Shown: positions 8,801 through 19,037 of the stretch, one piece after another | How the letters are laid out: each line of letters starts with the position of its first letter | Numbering within the stretch: position 1 is the first letter of the stretch | NCBI GenBank assembly: GCA_963727485.1 | Contig: CAVSGM010000002.1 | Span: forward strand, 1,248,001 to 1,312,000 | Reading direction: 5' to 3' | DNA length: 64,000 nucleotides | Source: an uncultured delta proteobacterium | GTDB taxonomy: Bacteria > Myxococcota > Myxococcia > SLRQ01 | Translations under genes and position numbers: made by a program | Notes under the pieces: model-generated | Told to the model about the DNA's origin: nothing | Database searches by the model: none | The model's input: the letters and a program-made list of their open reading frames with translations, nothing else

Positions 8801-10676
8801 GGCCCGCACCCGTCGCCGAGCCGTCACCGAAGTCCCAGGCGTACGCGAGGGCCTCGGTCCCAGGATCGGTGGCGGTGCCCGAGAAGGTCAGGCTCTGGAG
8901 CTGGTCGCCGTTCGGAGCGGTCATCCCGGTGATGGTCGGCGCCACGTTGGCGATGGTGATCGACGCGGTCTTGCTGGTGGACCCCCCGGTGGTGTTGGTC
9001 GCGGTGCCGGTCACCGTGTAGGTGCCCGGGAGGCCGTAGGTGTGGGTGGTGGTCTGGCCGGTGCCGGTGCCGCCGTCGCCGAAGTCCCAGGTGTAGGTCA
9101 CCGTGTCGGCGCCCGCGTAGGTGGCGGTCATGCCCATCTGCACGCTGGTGCCCTCGTCGGCGCTCGCGGGCACGGTGACCGCGGTGACCTGGGGGGCGTT
9201 GGGGCTGATGGTGACCGTCGCGGTCTGCTGGCTGGTGCCGCCGCTGGTGTCGGCGGCGGTCACGGTCACCGTGTAGGTGCCGGCGCTGGCGTAGGTGTGG
9301 GTCACCGAGGCGCCGCTCGCGGTGGCCGTGCCGTCGCCGAAGTCCCAGGTGAAGGTGATGGGGGTGTCGGTGCCGGGGTCGGTCGCGGTGGCGGAGAAGG
9401 TGAGCGCCTGGGTGGCCATCCCGTCGGGGGCGGTCATGCCGGTGATCGTCGGGGCCACGTTGTTCACGGTGACGGTGGTGCTCGAGGTGACGATGGCGGT
9501 CCCGTCGTCGGCCTTCACCTTGACCGTGTTGACCCCGACCTGGGCGGTGTAGGGGTAGGCGACGGTGGCGCCGGTGGCATCCCCGAAGACGCCATCGTTG
9601 TTCAGGTCCCAGCTGAAGGTCACCGGGTTGCCCTTGGCGCTGGTGCCGGTGGCGGTGAGGGTGAGGGTCCCGCCCTCGGTGACCGTGTAGGGGCCGCCTG
9701 CGCTCGCCACCAGGCCCACGGGGAAGTAGGTGTGGCTGTCGAGGAAGCCGGTGGAGTTGTAGCCCCCGAAGACCCGGAGCATCCCCGCGGCGACGGCGGC
9801 GGTGGGCGCCCGGCGGACGACGAGGTCCGAGGGACCGGTGGTCCAGGCGCCGGTCTGCGAGTCGTAGATCATCACATCGCCGTAGAACGGGCCGCCCATG
9901 TTCCCGTAGGAGTCGCTGCCGTCGAGGGCGTAGATCTTGTCACCGTTGGCCGGCGCGGCGGCCAGACTGCTCCGGGCCAGGGGCATGGCGGCACCGGGCG
10001 TCCAGGTGTCGGTGGCCGGGTCGTAGACGTCCATGGTGGTGGTCGCGGTGAACGACGTCGACAGGCCGCCAAAGACGTAGATCTTCCCGTCGGAGAGGAC
10101 GACGGCCTGGTGGAGCAGTCGTCCCTGGGGCAGGGCCGAGCCGGTGGTCCAGGTGTTGGTGGCGGGATCGTAGATGCTCAGGTTGGTCATCCCGGACTCG
10201 CCGCCGAACACGTAGATGCGTCCGTCGACGCCGGTGGCGGCGGCGCAGCCCCAGCCATTGCCCTGGGGATCGGTCACGCCCATGGTCCAGGTGTCGGTGG
10301 CCGGGTCGTAGACCTGGGTGCTCCCGGCGGTGCCCCCGATGACCACCAGCTTCCCCGAGGGCGCCAGGGCCCCGCAGGCCATCCGGGTGGCCTGGGGCAG
10401 CGACGCCGCGGTGGACCAGCCGTCGGTCGCCGGGTCAAAGACCTCATGGGTCGACATCTGGGAGGAGCTGGCCTGGTTGTAGCCCCCGAAGACGTGGATC
10501 TTCCCGTTGGCGTCGGTGAGGGCGAGCGCCTGGGCCCGGGCGGTGGGCAGGGGAACGTCGGTCTGCCAGGTCTGGGCGAGGGCCACGTGGCCGGCGACCG
10601 TGGCGGCCACCAGGGCAAGGAAGGCGCCGGTCCAGGTGACCTGGCGGCTGGGGGTTCGAGGCGGGTGCGGGTGCAT
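5877..10676 (-). CDS. Cell-surface protein: six Kelch repeats, about 13 PKD domains, an Ig-like domain and a MYXO-CTERM-like sorting signal
   Basis: Signal peptide ending VALA; six ...(I/L)xVxGG-type Kelch blades; 13 WD(F/L)xx motifs; Gly/Ser/Thr/Asp linker; C-terminal GCSC...hydrophobic helix...KRRR. Confidence 0.9.
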   Translation of the reverse strand: MHPHPPRTPSRQVTWTGAFLALVAATVAGHVALAQTWQTDVPLPTARAQALALTDANGKIHVFGGYNQASSSQMSTHEVFDPATDGWSTAASLPQATRMACGALAPSGKLVVIGGTAGSTQVYDPATDTWTMGVTDPQGNGWGCAAATGVDGRIYVFGGESGMTNLSIYDPATNTWTTGSALPQGRLLHQAVVLSDGKIYVFGGLSTSFTATTTMDVYDPATDTWTPGAAMPLARSSLAAAPANGDKIYALDGSDSYGNMGGPFYGDVMIYDSQTGAWTTGPSDLVVRRAPTAAVAAGMLRVFGGYNSTGFLDSHTYFPVGLVASAGGPYTVTEGGTLTLTATGTSAKGNPVTFSWDLNNDGVFGDATGATVAYPYTAQVGVNTVKVKADDGTAIVTSSTTVTVNNVAPTITGMTAPDGMATQALTFSATATDPGTDTPITFTWDFGDGTATASGASVTHTYASAGTYTVTVTAADTSGGTSQQTATVTISPNAPQVTAVTVPASADEGTSVQMGMTATYAGADTVTYTWDFGDGGTGTGQTTTHTYGLPGTYTVTGTATNTTGGSTSKTASITIANVAPTITGMTAPNGDQLQSLTFSGTATDPGTEALAYAWDFGDGSATGAGQSATHAYQMPGSYAVKLTVTDPYGGSATQAKTVTIADVPPVIGMVTAPNGNQGQTLTFSGTATDGAGDTLTYAWDFGDGTQGSGQTATHSYGTPGSYMVKLTVTDKEGMSASQTGTISIANLPPAISAMTAPGGNEGQSLTFGVTASDPGSDTLTYAWDFGDGGTGTGAAPSHAFMAPGTYTVTVTVSDGNGGTDSKTAQVTIANVAPTISAMTAPNGDEGTALTFGVTASDPGSDTLTYAWDFGDGGTGTGAAPSHTFMAPGTYTVTVTVNDGHGGTDSKTAQVTIANVAPTISAVTAPSGDEGTALTFGVTAADAGSDTLTYAWDFGDGGTATGATPSHTFMLPGTYTVTVTVDDGNGGTDSKTAQVTIANVAPQIAAMTAPGGDEGTQLAFSATATDAGSDALTYTWDFGDSTATATGADATHTFMWPGTYTVRVTVDDGHGGTATQAASVTIANVPPTLTSVTVPGTVAEGQVVDVAATGTDPGADKPSFSWDFGDGGKPSLGSSSSYVYFVPGTYTVTVTADDHQGGVVHATRQITVTNVPPVVSAMTAPDGNEAETLTFTGAGADAGHEPLLLSWDFGDGTAASIGATVTHAFALPGSYQVTLTVTDGFGGTDSLTKTVTIADVPPTLTSVTAPGGDEGSSVHLSATASDPGIGTLTYTWDFGDGTAPADGPEVDHVFAPAGTYAVTVTVADAQGETATQTVQVVIANVPPTITALDVPAVTKVGTAIQVHGEATDPGATALTYTWDFGDGSAAASGADASHAYPGHGQYTVTLTVDDGEGGTASRTAIIGVNAVGPAMDDPGPQTVAHGGTLTLALTATDTDTHAGLTFTLVSGPGSVAADGSYAYAPEASVADGDYPVTVKVTDDTGLSDQVTFTVTVTGTAGGSDGGTIGGGDGGSTGGSDGGSTGGTDGGASQTGTGAPSATGCSCDATTEGNAGAPATALVFLVLGALGVSGKRRRTRAAARR
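7681..8436. repeat. Three near-identical 252-bp tandem repeats (84-aa PKD units) inside the Kelch-PKD gene
   Basis: ACGTTGGCGATGGTGACCTGGGCGGTCTTCGAGTCGGT recurs at 7681, 7933 and 8185. Confidence 0.85.
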
Positions 10677-10726
10677 GTCTGGGATCTCCCGAGTGACGAC
10701 GGGTTGCGGGTGTTCCCGGACGCTTG

Positions 10727-10742
10727 TTCACGCCCCGTGCCG
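10727..10742 (-). promoter_or_regulatory. Possible sigma54-like promoter for the Kelch-PKD gene
   Basis: CGGCACGGGGCGTGAA (GG-N10-GA; non-canonical -12) about 50 nt upstream of the ATG, with an AT-richer tract upstream. Confidence 0.3.
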
Positions 10743-10899
10743 GAAAATTCCCCAAGGATTCCAGCCCTCGCAGCGGGTCATCCCGGACGACCCGGGTTCC
10801 CGGTGACCCGGCCCGGGTCGCCGGGGATCCCCCGCCGGCGCGGTTTGCCCACCTTGCCCCACGCCGGCCCCATGCCCAGCCTGCCCTGGGGTTCACCCG

Positions 10900-11880
10900 G
10901 TGGCATCGTCGTCCCGCACCCGCCGCTTCGTCTTCGTCCCCGACGTCTGGGAGGGACGCGGGCGCGCCATCTCCTGCGACGGCCGGGTCCCGGGCGCCGA
11001 CCTCGAGCTCTCCCACTGGCCCGGGAACACCACCCCGGCGCCGCTCAAGGCGGACACCTCCACGGAGATCGCCCTGAACTTCGTGGCGAGCCCGGTCGCC
11101 GGCGAGTGGGCCGACGCGGTGGTCGTGAACAACCACTACGACACCGACGGGGTCCTCTCGGTGTGGACCCTGCTCCACCCGGACCTCGCCCTCGCCCGCC
11201 GGGACCTCCTGGTCGCCGCCGCCGAGGCCGGGGACTTCGAGTGCTGGCCCGACGACCGCCGGGGGCTCCTCGTGGACCTGGCCCTCTGCCGCCTCGCCGA
11301 GTCGTCCACCGACGACGCCGACGCCTACCAGATCGCCCTGCGCGAGCTCCCCGCCCTCCTCGACGGCATCGAGGGCCGGGACGACCTCTGGGGCGAGGCG
11401 TGGCTGGCGCTGCGCCGGGCCGACCGGGAGGTGGCCTGCGACGCGGTGCGGGTGCGCCGCGACGGGCCGGTGGGCGTGGTCATCCACCCGCCGGGGACGC
11501 CGCCGGTCCCGGGCCCGGTCCTCGACCGGCACCTCCGGGGCTGCCGGGGCGTGCTCCTCGCCTTCGCCGAGGGCACCCCGGGCGCCGGACCGGTCACCGG
11601 CCGCTACGCCTACCGCTACGAGCGGCCCCGGTACAGCTGGGCCGACACCCCGGACCGGCCGCGCTACGAGGGCCCGGCCCCGGACCGCCTCGCCCAGCGC
11701 CTCGGCGACGCCTGGACCGCGAAGCGGGTCCCGGGGATGACCGGCCTGGTGCGCACCACGCGGCCCATCCGCAAGCCCCCGGCCGCCGTGGCCGCCGACC
11801 TCGAGGCCCTCGACGTGGCGCCGGCCCGCGCTACTCCGCCACCAGAGCCGCCGCCGCCGCGTCCAGGGCCGCCCGCCTAG
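10900..11880 (+). CDS. DUF6687-like protein (DHH-phosphoesterase-like N-terminus)
   Basis: SCDG...LSHWPGNTTP...ADTSTEIAL...NNHYDTDGVLSVW...AAEAGDF motifs. Confidence 0.6.
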   Translation: MASSSRTRRFVFVPDVWEGRGRAISCDGRVPGADLELSHWPGNTTPAPLKADTSTEIALNFVASPVAGEWADAVVVNNHYDTDGVLSVWTLLHPDLALARRDLLVAAAEAGDFECWPDDRRGLLVDLALCRLAESSTDDADAYQIALRELPALLDGIEGRDDLWGEAWLALRRADREVACDAVRVRRDGPVGVVIHPPGTPPVPGPVLDRHLRGCRGVLLAFAEGTPGAGPVTGRYAYRYERPRYSWADTPDRPRYEGPAPDRLAQRLGDAWTAKRVPGMTGLVRTTRPIRKPPAAVAADLEALDVAPARATPPPEPPPPRPGPPA

Positions 11881-14800
11881 CCTCGGCGGCGTCGGCGTCG
11901 TCCTCGTCGTCGGCGAAGGCCTCGGCACCCGCCTCCAGCAGCCCGGTGAGCTCGGTCAGCGACAGGCTCGCCGCCGCCTCGGCGCCGTCGAGGATCCCCG
12001 AGAGCAGCGAGCGCTTGTGCCGGTGAAGCTCGAGGATCGCCTCCTCGATGGTCCCCCGGGCCACCAGGCGCAGCACCGTCACCGAGCGCTTCTGGCCCAT
12101 GCGGTGGGCCCGGTCGGTGGCCTGGTCCTCCAGGGCCGGGTTCCACCAGGGGTCGAGGTGGATCACGTGGTCGGCGGCGGTGAGGTTGAGGCCCGTGCCC
12201 CCGGCCTTCAGCGACACCAGGAACACCGTCCCCCGCCCGCGCTGGAACGCCTCCACCAGCTGGCCGCGCTTCGCCGGGGCGGTGGCGCCGTCGAGGTAGA
12301 GGTAGTCGAGGCCCTTGGCGTCGAGGGCCTCGCGCACCAGCTTCAGGTGCCGGGTGAACTGGGAGAACACCAGCGCCCGGTGCCCCGCCTCGGTGAGCTC
12401 GTCGACGATCTCCATGAGCCGGGCGAGCTTGGACGAAGGCAGGTCGTTGCGCGGGTCGTGGAGGCGCGGGTGACAGGCGATGAGCCGCAGCCGGGTGATC
12501 GCCGAGAGGATCTCGAAGCGGTTCTGCTCGTCCCCGGGCCGGGCCTTCACCAGCCCCGAGATCCGCGCCACCGCCGCCAGGCGCGTCTCCTCGTAGAGGC
12601 GCCGCTCCGGGGCCGAGAGGCGGATCGGGACCTCCACGTCGACCCTCGGCGGGAGCTCGGTGAGGACCTCGGCCTTGGTGCGCCGGAGCACGAAGGGCCG
12701 GACCAGCCGCGCCAAGGCCTCGCGCCGCGCCCAGCTCTGCCCCCGCTCGATGGGGAGGACGAAGCGATCCCGGAACCGCCGGTAGCTCCCGAAGAGCCCC
12801 GGGAGGACCACCGAGAACAGGCTCCACAGCTCGCCGAGGTGGTTCTCCACCGGGGTGCCGGTGAGCGCCAGGCGGAAGCCGGCGTCGAGGCGGCGGGCGG
12901 CCCGGGCCCGGGCGGCCGTGGGATTCTTCACCGCCTGGGCCTCGTCGAGGACCACGGTGGCGAAGCGGGTGGCGGCGAAGCGATCGGCGTCCCGGGCCAT
13001 CAGCCCGTAGCTGACGATGACCACGTCGCCCGGGCCCGCCTGGGCGAGGAGCGCCTCCCGGTCCTTGGCCGCGCCGTAGATCACCGGGGTGAGCCCGGGG
13101 GCGAAGCGACCGCACTCCCGCACCCAGTTGGGGCACACGCTGGTGGGCGCCAGGACCAGGGTCGGGCCTTCGTCCTTCCGGTGGAGCATCAGGGCCAGGG
13201 TCTGCACCGTCTTCCCCAGGCCCATGTCGTCGGCGAGCACCGCCCCGGCGCCCCACTCGGCCAGCCGCGCCATCCACCGGAAGCCCTCGAGCTGGTAGGG
13301 GCGCAGGGTGGCCTCGAGGCCCGGGGGGGCCGGGGGATCCTTGCGCCCGGCCCGGCGGACCTTCCCGGCGAGCTCGGTCCAGGCGGCGGGGGCCTCGGCG
13401 GCCCGGGCGTCGTCGAGGAGCTCGGCGAGCTCCGGGGCGGCGGCGGCGCTGACCCGCAGCTTCTCGTCGGCGTGCTCGGCCAGGGCCGCCAGGCGCTCCT
13501 GGAGGTCCTCGGCGATGGCCAGCCACAGGCCCCCGCGCACCGGCACGTAGCGGCGGCGGTTGCGGACCGCGTCGAGGAGCAGCGCCAGGGCCACCTCCTC
13601 GCCGTCGATCTGGACGCCCCCCTGAAGCCCGAACCAGTCCCGGTGGGCGCTGACCCCGAGCGTCAGCGCCGCGACCGGGGGCGAGAGGACCCGCCAGGCG
13701 CTCATCCCCCGGGGCCACTCGACCTTCAGCGCCGGCTCGTCCCCGCGCCGCTCCAGGTGGTGCACCAGGGTGAGCGCCGGGTCGGCGCCCTCGAGGTGGT
13801 AGTCGAAGGGCCCGGCCGCCGCCAGGGGCGGGAGCGGGAGGGTGGCCAGCAGCGCCCGGACGCCTTCGGCCTCGGCCTCGAGGTCCCGGTGGGCCCACAC
13901 CCGCTGCTGGCCCACGAAGCCGGTGGCCTCCACCGGGCCGGCGCCGGGGGTGAGCACCGGGCCGCCGGGGACCGGCCGCACCCGCGCCTCGACCCGCAGC
14001 TGCTCGCCCACCGGCGCCAGGCGGAGGATGGGGGTGGCGTCGGCGACCATCTCCTCGCCCTTGAGGCTCGCAGGGAGGCGCACCGGCATCACCTCCTGGA
14101 GCGCCGGGACCCGGGCGAGGAGGGCGTCGTGGCTCTCGGAGGGGAAGAGGGCCCCGTGCTGGTGGAGGACCTGGAGCACCCGGCGCACCCCGCCGTCGAG
14201 GTCGAAGCGGGTGACGGTGGTGCCCGCGGCGTCGAGGGCCAAGAGCCCCCCGCCGGTCCCCGCGGCCTCGAGGCGGGCCATGAGGGTGTCCAGGGGGACG
14301 GTGGCGTCGTCGAGGGCGGGCTGAAGGGCGAAGGCGCCGCCGGGGCGGGGGACGGCCACCAGGCTGGCCCGCCCCTCGCGGACGGTGACCGGGCCGCCGC
14401 CGGCGAGGCGCACCCGCGGGTGGCCCACCAGGTGGCCCAGCGCCCGGTGCACCCGGCCCGGGGGGACGGTCCCGTCGGGGTCCGGGAGGAGGGCCTCGGC
14501 GGCGTGGCGGTCCGCGGGCCAGGCGGCGTCGCCGAGGGCCAGGGCGTCGCCGTCGCAGGACAGGTGCACCGCCTCGCCGTCGAGGCGCACCGTCCAGGCC
14601 AGGGGGCCCGCGGGGGGAGCCTCGGGGCCGTCGCCGAGGGCGTCGAGGAGGCGCCGCCACGGCGGCGTGCGCAGGACCGCCTCCAGGGGCGCCGCCGGGT
14701 CGCCGGAGCCGTCGCCGCCGCCGCCGGCCCGGGCGCCGTCGAGGGCCCGGAGCCGATCCAGCCAGGCGTCCACCGCCGTGAGGGCGCAGGGGCAGCCCCC

Positions 14801-15376
14801 GTCGCCACAGCGGTCGCACCGGGCGGCGAGGGGCGAGGTGTCCCAGGTGGCCAGCGGGAGGCGCACCCGGGTGATCCCGGCGCCGAGGCCCGCGTCGTGG
14901 GCGAGGGCCGGGGCGTCGGCGTCGAGGTGGAGGCGCGGGGCCCCTCGGGGATCCACCGGCCGGGGCGTCACGACCGCCCGGAGCCGGCCCCGGAGCGCGA
15001 GGAGGCGCCCGTGGAGATCGGCGAGGAGGGGATCCGCGGGCGGGGGGGCCTCGAGGCGGTCGGCCTCCTCGGCCAGCGCCGCCCGGAGCCCCGCCGCCGC
15101 CTCGGCGAGGAGCCGGCGCACCGCCGCCACCACCGTCGCGGTGCCCTCGGCCCCGAGCCGGGGCCCGAGGGTGGCCCGGGTCCACCGGTCGCCGGTGGCG
15201 AGGTCGGCGACGGTCACCGCCCCGCCGAAGGGCGCCACCTGCGCCGCCAGCGCCTCGGGGAGGTGGGGCGCCAGGGTCTGGGCGCTCCAGGCGAGGTGGC
15301 CCTCGATCCCCGCCGCCTGGGCCCACTCGAGGAGGGCGTCCCGATCCGTCGGGGGCAGCTCGGTGTCGGGGATCAC
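11831..15376 (-). CDS. SNF2/SWI2-family DEAD/H helicase-like ATPase with a SWIM-like Cys cluster
   Basis: LRPYQLEG, LADDMGLGKT, LDEAQAVKN, LTGTPVEN, LVFSQF, SLKAGGTGLNLT, DPWWNP, QATDRAHRMGQ; N-terminal CDRC...CPC. Confidence 0.93.
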   Translation of the reverse strand: MIPDTELPPTDRDALLEWAQAAGIEGHLAWSAQTLAPHLPEALAAQVAPFGGAVTVADLATGDRWTRATLGPRLGAEGTATVVAAVRRLLAEAAAGLRAALAEEADRLEAPPPADPLLADLHGRLLALRGRLRAVVTPRPVDPRGAPRLHLDADAPALAHDAGLGAGITRVRLPLATWDTSPLAARCDRCGDGGCPCALTAVDAWLDRLRALDGARAGGGGDGSGDPAAPLEAVLRTPPWRRLLDALGDGPEAPPAGPLAWTVRLDGEAVHLSCDGDALALGDAAWPADRHAAEALLPDPDGTVPPGRVHRALGHLVGHPRVRLAGGGPVTVREGRASLVAVPRPGGAFALQPALDDATVPLDTLMARLEAAGTGGGLLALDAAGTTVTRFDLDGGVRRVLQVLHQHGALFPSESHDALLARVPALQEVMPVRLPASLKGEEMVADATPILRLAPVGEQLRVEARVRPVPGGPVLTPGAGPVEATGFVGQQRVWAHRDLEAEAEGVRALLATLPLPPLAAAGPFDYHLEGADPALTLVHHLERRGDEPALKVEWPRGMSAWRVLSPPVAALTLGVSAHRDWFGLQGGVQIDGEEVALALLLDAVRNRRRYVPVRGGLWLAIAEDLQERLAALAEHADEKLRVSAAAAPELAELLDDARAAEAPAAWTELAGKVRRAGRKDPPAPPGLEATLRPYQLEGFRWMARLAEWGAGAVLADDMGLGKTVQTLALMLHRKDEGPTLVLAPTSVCPNWVRECGRFAPGLTPVIYGAAKDREALLAQAGPGDVVIVSYGLMARDADRFAATRFATVVLDEAQAVKNPTAARARAARRLDAGFRLALTGTPVENHLGELWSLFSVVLPGLFGSYRRFRDRFVLPIERGQSWARREALARLVRPFVLRRTKAEVLTELPPRVDVEVPIRLSAPERRLYEETRLAAVARISGLVKARPGDEQNRFEILSAITRLRLIACHPRLHDPRNDLPSSKLARLMEIVDELTEAGHRALVFSQFTRHLKLVREALDAKGLDYLYLDGATAPAKRGQLVEAFQRGRGTVFLVSLKAGGTGLNLTAADHVIHLDPWWNPALEDQATDRAHRMGQKRSVTVLRLVARGTIEEAILELHRHKRSLLSGILDGAEAAASLSLTELTGLLEAGAEAFADDEDDADAAEARRAALDAAAAALVAE

Positions 15377-15521
15377 CGCGGCAGCCTAGCCAGCAGCCCC
15401 GGGGCACTTCAACCGGGGGCGCCTTTGCCGCGCCGAATGGGGCCGAGACGTGCCCCCCGCCGCGCCCCCGGGAGCTCGGCGCGCCGGCGCCCCGGCGTGA
15501 ACGATCCGTCCCCCAGCGGTC

Positions 15522-16214
15522 CTAGGGGTGGGCGCTGCCACCATCGGCGGCGGGCGTGGGCGACGCCGCCGTCCCGCCATCGGCGGCGGGCCGGGCCAGG
15601 GCCGCGGGGGTCTTGGGCTCGACCTTCGGCCGGGGCCACACGCCGGGGGTGCCGTCGGGATCCACCGGCGTCAGCTTCGCCCCGCTCTCGACCATCTGCT
15701 TGAGGCGCGCCAGCCCCAGGTCGAACTGCTGGGCGAGGCTGTGCTCGAGGGTGGCCACGAAGTAGCGGCCGATGAAGTTGCCGCCGACGCTCCCGGTGTC
15801 GTGCCAGGTGACCCGCGTGCCCCCGTCGGCCTGGGCGTAGGTGATGTCGCCGTGGTCGGTGTAGCTGCTGTTCTCGAGCTTGAGGACGTACCACAGGCCC
15901 TTGGCCGGGTCGGCGCGGGTGACCTCGAGGCGCCCGGCGCCCGAGCGCTTGCCGGTCCAGGAGAAGCTCCCGCCCTGGCCCGCGTGGTCCTTGCCGAACT
16001 CGAACTTCATGGTGGCGTCCCGGTGGCTCGCCCAGGGGGCCCAGGCGGGCCAGCGCTCCAGCTGGCTCACCCAGGGATCGATCTGGGCCGCCGGCGCGTG
16101 GATCACCACCGACTGGGACACGTCCCAGGTGGTGGGCAGGAAGAAGCCGATCCCGATGGCGAGGGCGACGCCGAGGCCGAAGAGAACGAGGACGTAGCGA
16201 AGCCAGGTGGACAT
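15522..16214 (-). CDS. Membrane-anchored SRPBCC/START-fold ligand-binding protein
   Basis: N-terminal TM helix, VSQSVVIHAP...WPAWAPW...GTRVTW...FDLGLARLKQMVE. Confidence 0.8.
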   Translation of the reverse strand: MSTWLRYVLVLFGLGVALAIGIGFFLPTTWDVSQSVVIHAPAAQIDPWVSQLERWPAWAPWASHRDATMKFEFGKDHAGQGGSFSWTGKRSGAGRLEVTRADPAKGLWYVLKLENSSYTDHGDITYAQADGGTRVTWHDTGSVGGNFIGRYFVATLEHSLAQQFDLGLARLKQMVESGAKLTPVDPDGTPGVWPRPKVEPKTPAALARPAADGGTAASPTPAADGGSAHP

Positions 16215-16266
16215 GGGGTCTCCGGAGGCGCGGGGAGGCGCATCGTCCTCGCCCAGGGGCCTGGGG

Positions 16267-17345
16267 TCAAGGCGCCTCGGGGCCGAGGCCGAGGCCCGGG
16301 GCGTCGCCGGGGATCACCGCCGGGCCGCGCACCCGGACGGGCCCCGCGCCGGGCCAGTCCACGAGGCCCGGGTGGGCCGAGAGGCCCGAGGCCAGCGGCG
16401 GCGGATCGAGGGCCAGGGCCAGCTCGGCGGCGGCGGCGAGGCCCGCCTTTCCGTCGAGGGCGTGGGTCACCACCACGGCGAGGCCGGCGTCCCGGGCCCG
16501 GCGGGCGAGGGCCCGGGCGGCGAGGAGGCCCCCGAGGAACGCGGGCTTGAGGATCGCCACCGAGAAGATCCCGGCGGCGAGGACCGCCTCGAGGCCGCCC
16601 GGTCGCTCCAGGGGGGCGTCGGCGGCCAGCGGCACGCGGCGGCGTCCGGGGCGGCGCCCGGGGCGGCCAGGGCCCGGGCGAGGGCGGGCAGATCCGCCGG
16701 CGCGACCGGGTCCTCGACGTAGGCGAGCCCGAGGTCCGAGAGGGCCGCCAGGTGCCCGGGGGCGTCGGCGACCGGCCAGGCGCCGCCCACGTCGAGGCGC
16801 AGGGCCAGCGCCGCCCCCCCGGCGGCCCGGGCGGCGGCGAGGCCGGCGCGGACCGCGGCGAGGGTCGCCCCGGCGCCCTTCACCTTCAGGGCCCGGTAGC
16901 CCGCGGCCCGGGCGGCCGCCGCCGCCGCCCCCGCCGACGCGGGATCCGGCGCCAGGGCGTTGACCGCCACCGGCGCCGGCGCCGGCGCGTCCGGGTCCCG
17001 GAGCAGCGCCCACACCGGCCGCCCCAGGCGCCGGCCCAGCAGATCGAGGAGCGCCGTCTCCAGGGCGAAGGTCGCCGAGGGCACCCGCGCCGGGACCAGG
17101 CCCGCGGCGCCGAGGCCGGCGAGGGCCGCGGCGACCCCGGCCACCGAGGGCGCGACCTCGAAGGCCCCACCGGCGCGCACCGCCGCCAGGGCCGCCCGGG
17201 CGGCGGGGAGGTCGTCGGCGGTGCGGCCGGCCAGCGGCGCCGCGTCCCCGACCCCGAGGTGGCCGGCGTCGTCGGCGAGGCGGACCACCAGCCCCGGCCG
17301 GCTCGCCGGGCCGGCGGCGTCGAGGCTGGCGAGGCGTACCCGCAC
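16267..17345 (-). CDS. menC: o-succinylbenzoate synthase (enolase superfamily), with one frameshift near 16635
   Basis: GVGDAAPL, LKVK, LRLD, YVEDP in one frame; PLAAD...ILKPAFLGG...PGLG in the next frame; last gene of the men operon. Confidence 0.75.
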
Positions 17346-17349
17346 CGGG

Positions 17350-18260
<911 letters not shown>

Positions 18261-18264
<4 letters not shown>

Positions 18265-19037
18265 GGGCGCGGGGCCTCCACCCTTGCCCCGGGGGCGCCG
18301 GCGTCGTCGGCGAGGAGGGCGGCGAGGCGCGCCGGGGCCTCCACCAGGGGGTTGTGGCCGAGGCCCGGGAGGGTCACCGCCTCGGCGCCGGGGATCGCGG
18401 CGGCCAGGGGCCCGGCCAGGCGCCGGAACTTCTCGTCCTCGCCCCCGGCGACCAGGCGCACCGGCACCCGGATGCCTGCGAGGGCGGGCCGGTAGTCGGG
18501 CTGGGCCGAGAGGCCGAGGACGGCCAGGGCCCGGGCCAGCCCGGCGGGATCGTGGCCCCGGCGGATCGCCGACTGGGCGGCGAGGACCTCCGGCGCGGCG
18601 GCGCGCTGGGTGTCGAAGAGGGGCAGGGCCTCCCAGGCGGCGAGGAAGGCCTCGAGGCCCTCGTGGCGCAAGAGCGCGATCCACCGCCCCTCCCACTGGG
18701 CCCGCGCCCACCGCTCGGGCCCCTCGGGGAGGCCCGGGTGGACGCCGATGAGGGTGGCCCGGGCGAAGCGCTTCGGGTGGCGCAGGAGCAGCCCCAGGGC
18801 CACCCGGCTCCCCATGGAGTAGCCGACCAGGTGCGCCGGGCGGTCGAGGGTGCCGGCGATCTGCTCGGCGAGGGCGTCGACCGCGGCCTCGAAGTCCGCC
18901 GCCTCCGGGGCGTCGGGGTGGTGACCGGGGAGGTTCAGGGCCACGGCGGTGCGCCCCGGACGCAGGTGCTCGAGGACCGGGGCGAAGGACTCGGCGCGGC
19001 CGGTGAAGCCGTGGAGGAGGACGAGGGGCAGTTCCAT
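18261..19037 (-). CDS. menH: SHCHC synthase (alpha/beta hydrolase)
   Basis: LLHGFTG, GYSMGSR, GGEDEKF, GHNP; directly downstream of menD. Confidence 0.88.

Noticed and set aside
37..15703. Very long plus-strand ORFs (37..3765, 5271..12026, 12017..15703) and similar ORFs elsewhere
   Set aside because: Antisense or alternative-frame shadows of real genes in very GC-rich DNA; Gly/Arg/Pro-rich with no motifs
16600..16660. Programmed frameshifting in menC (also considered for subunit K and the lipoprotein)
   Set aside because: No slippery heptamer seen; the same single-base indel pattern occurs across the window and is best explained as sequencing error
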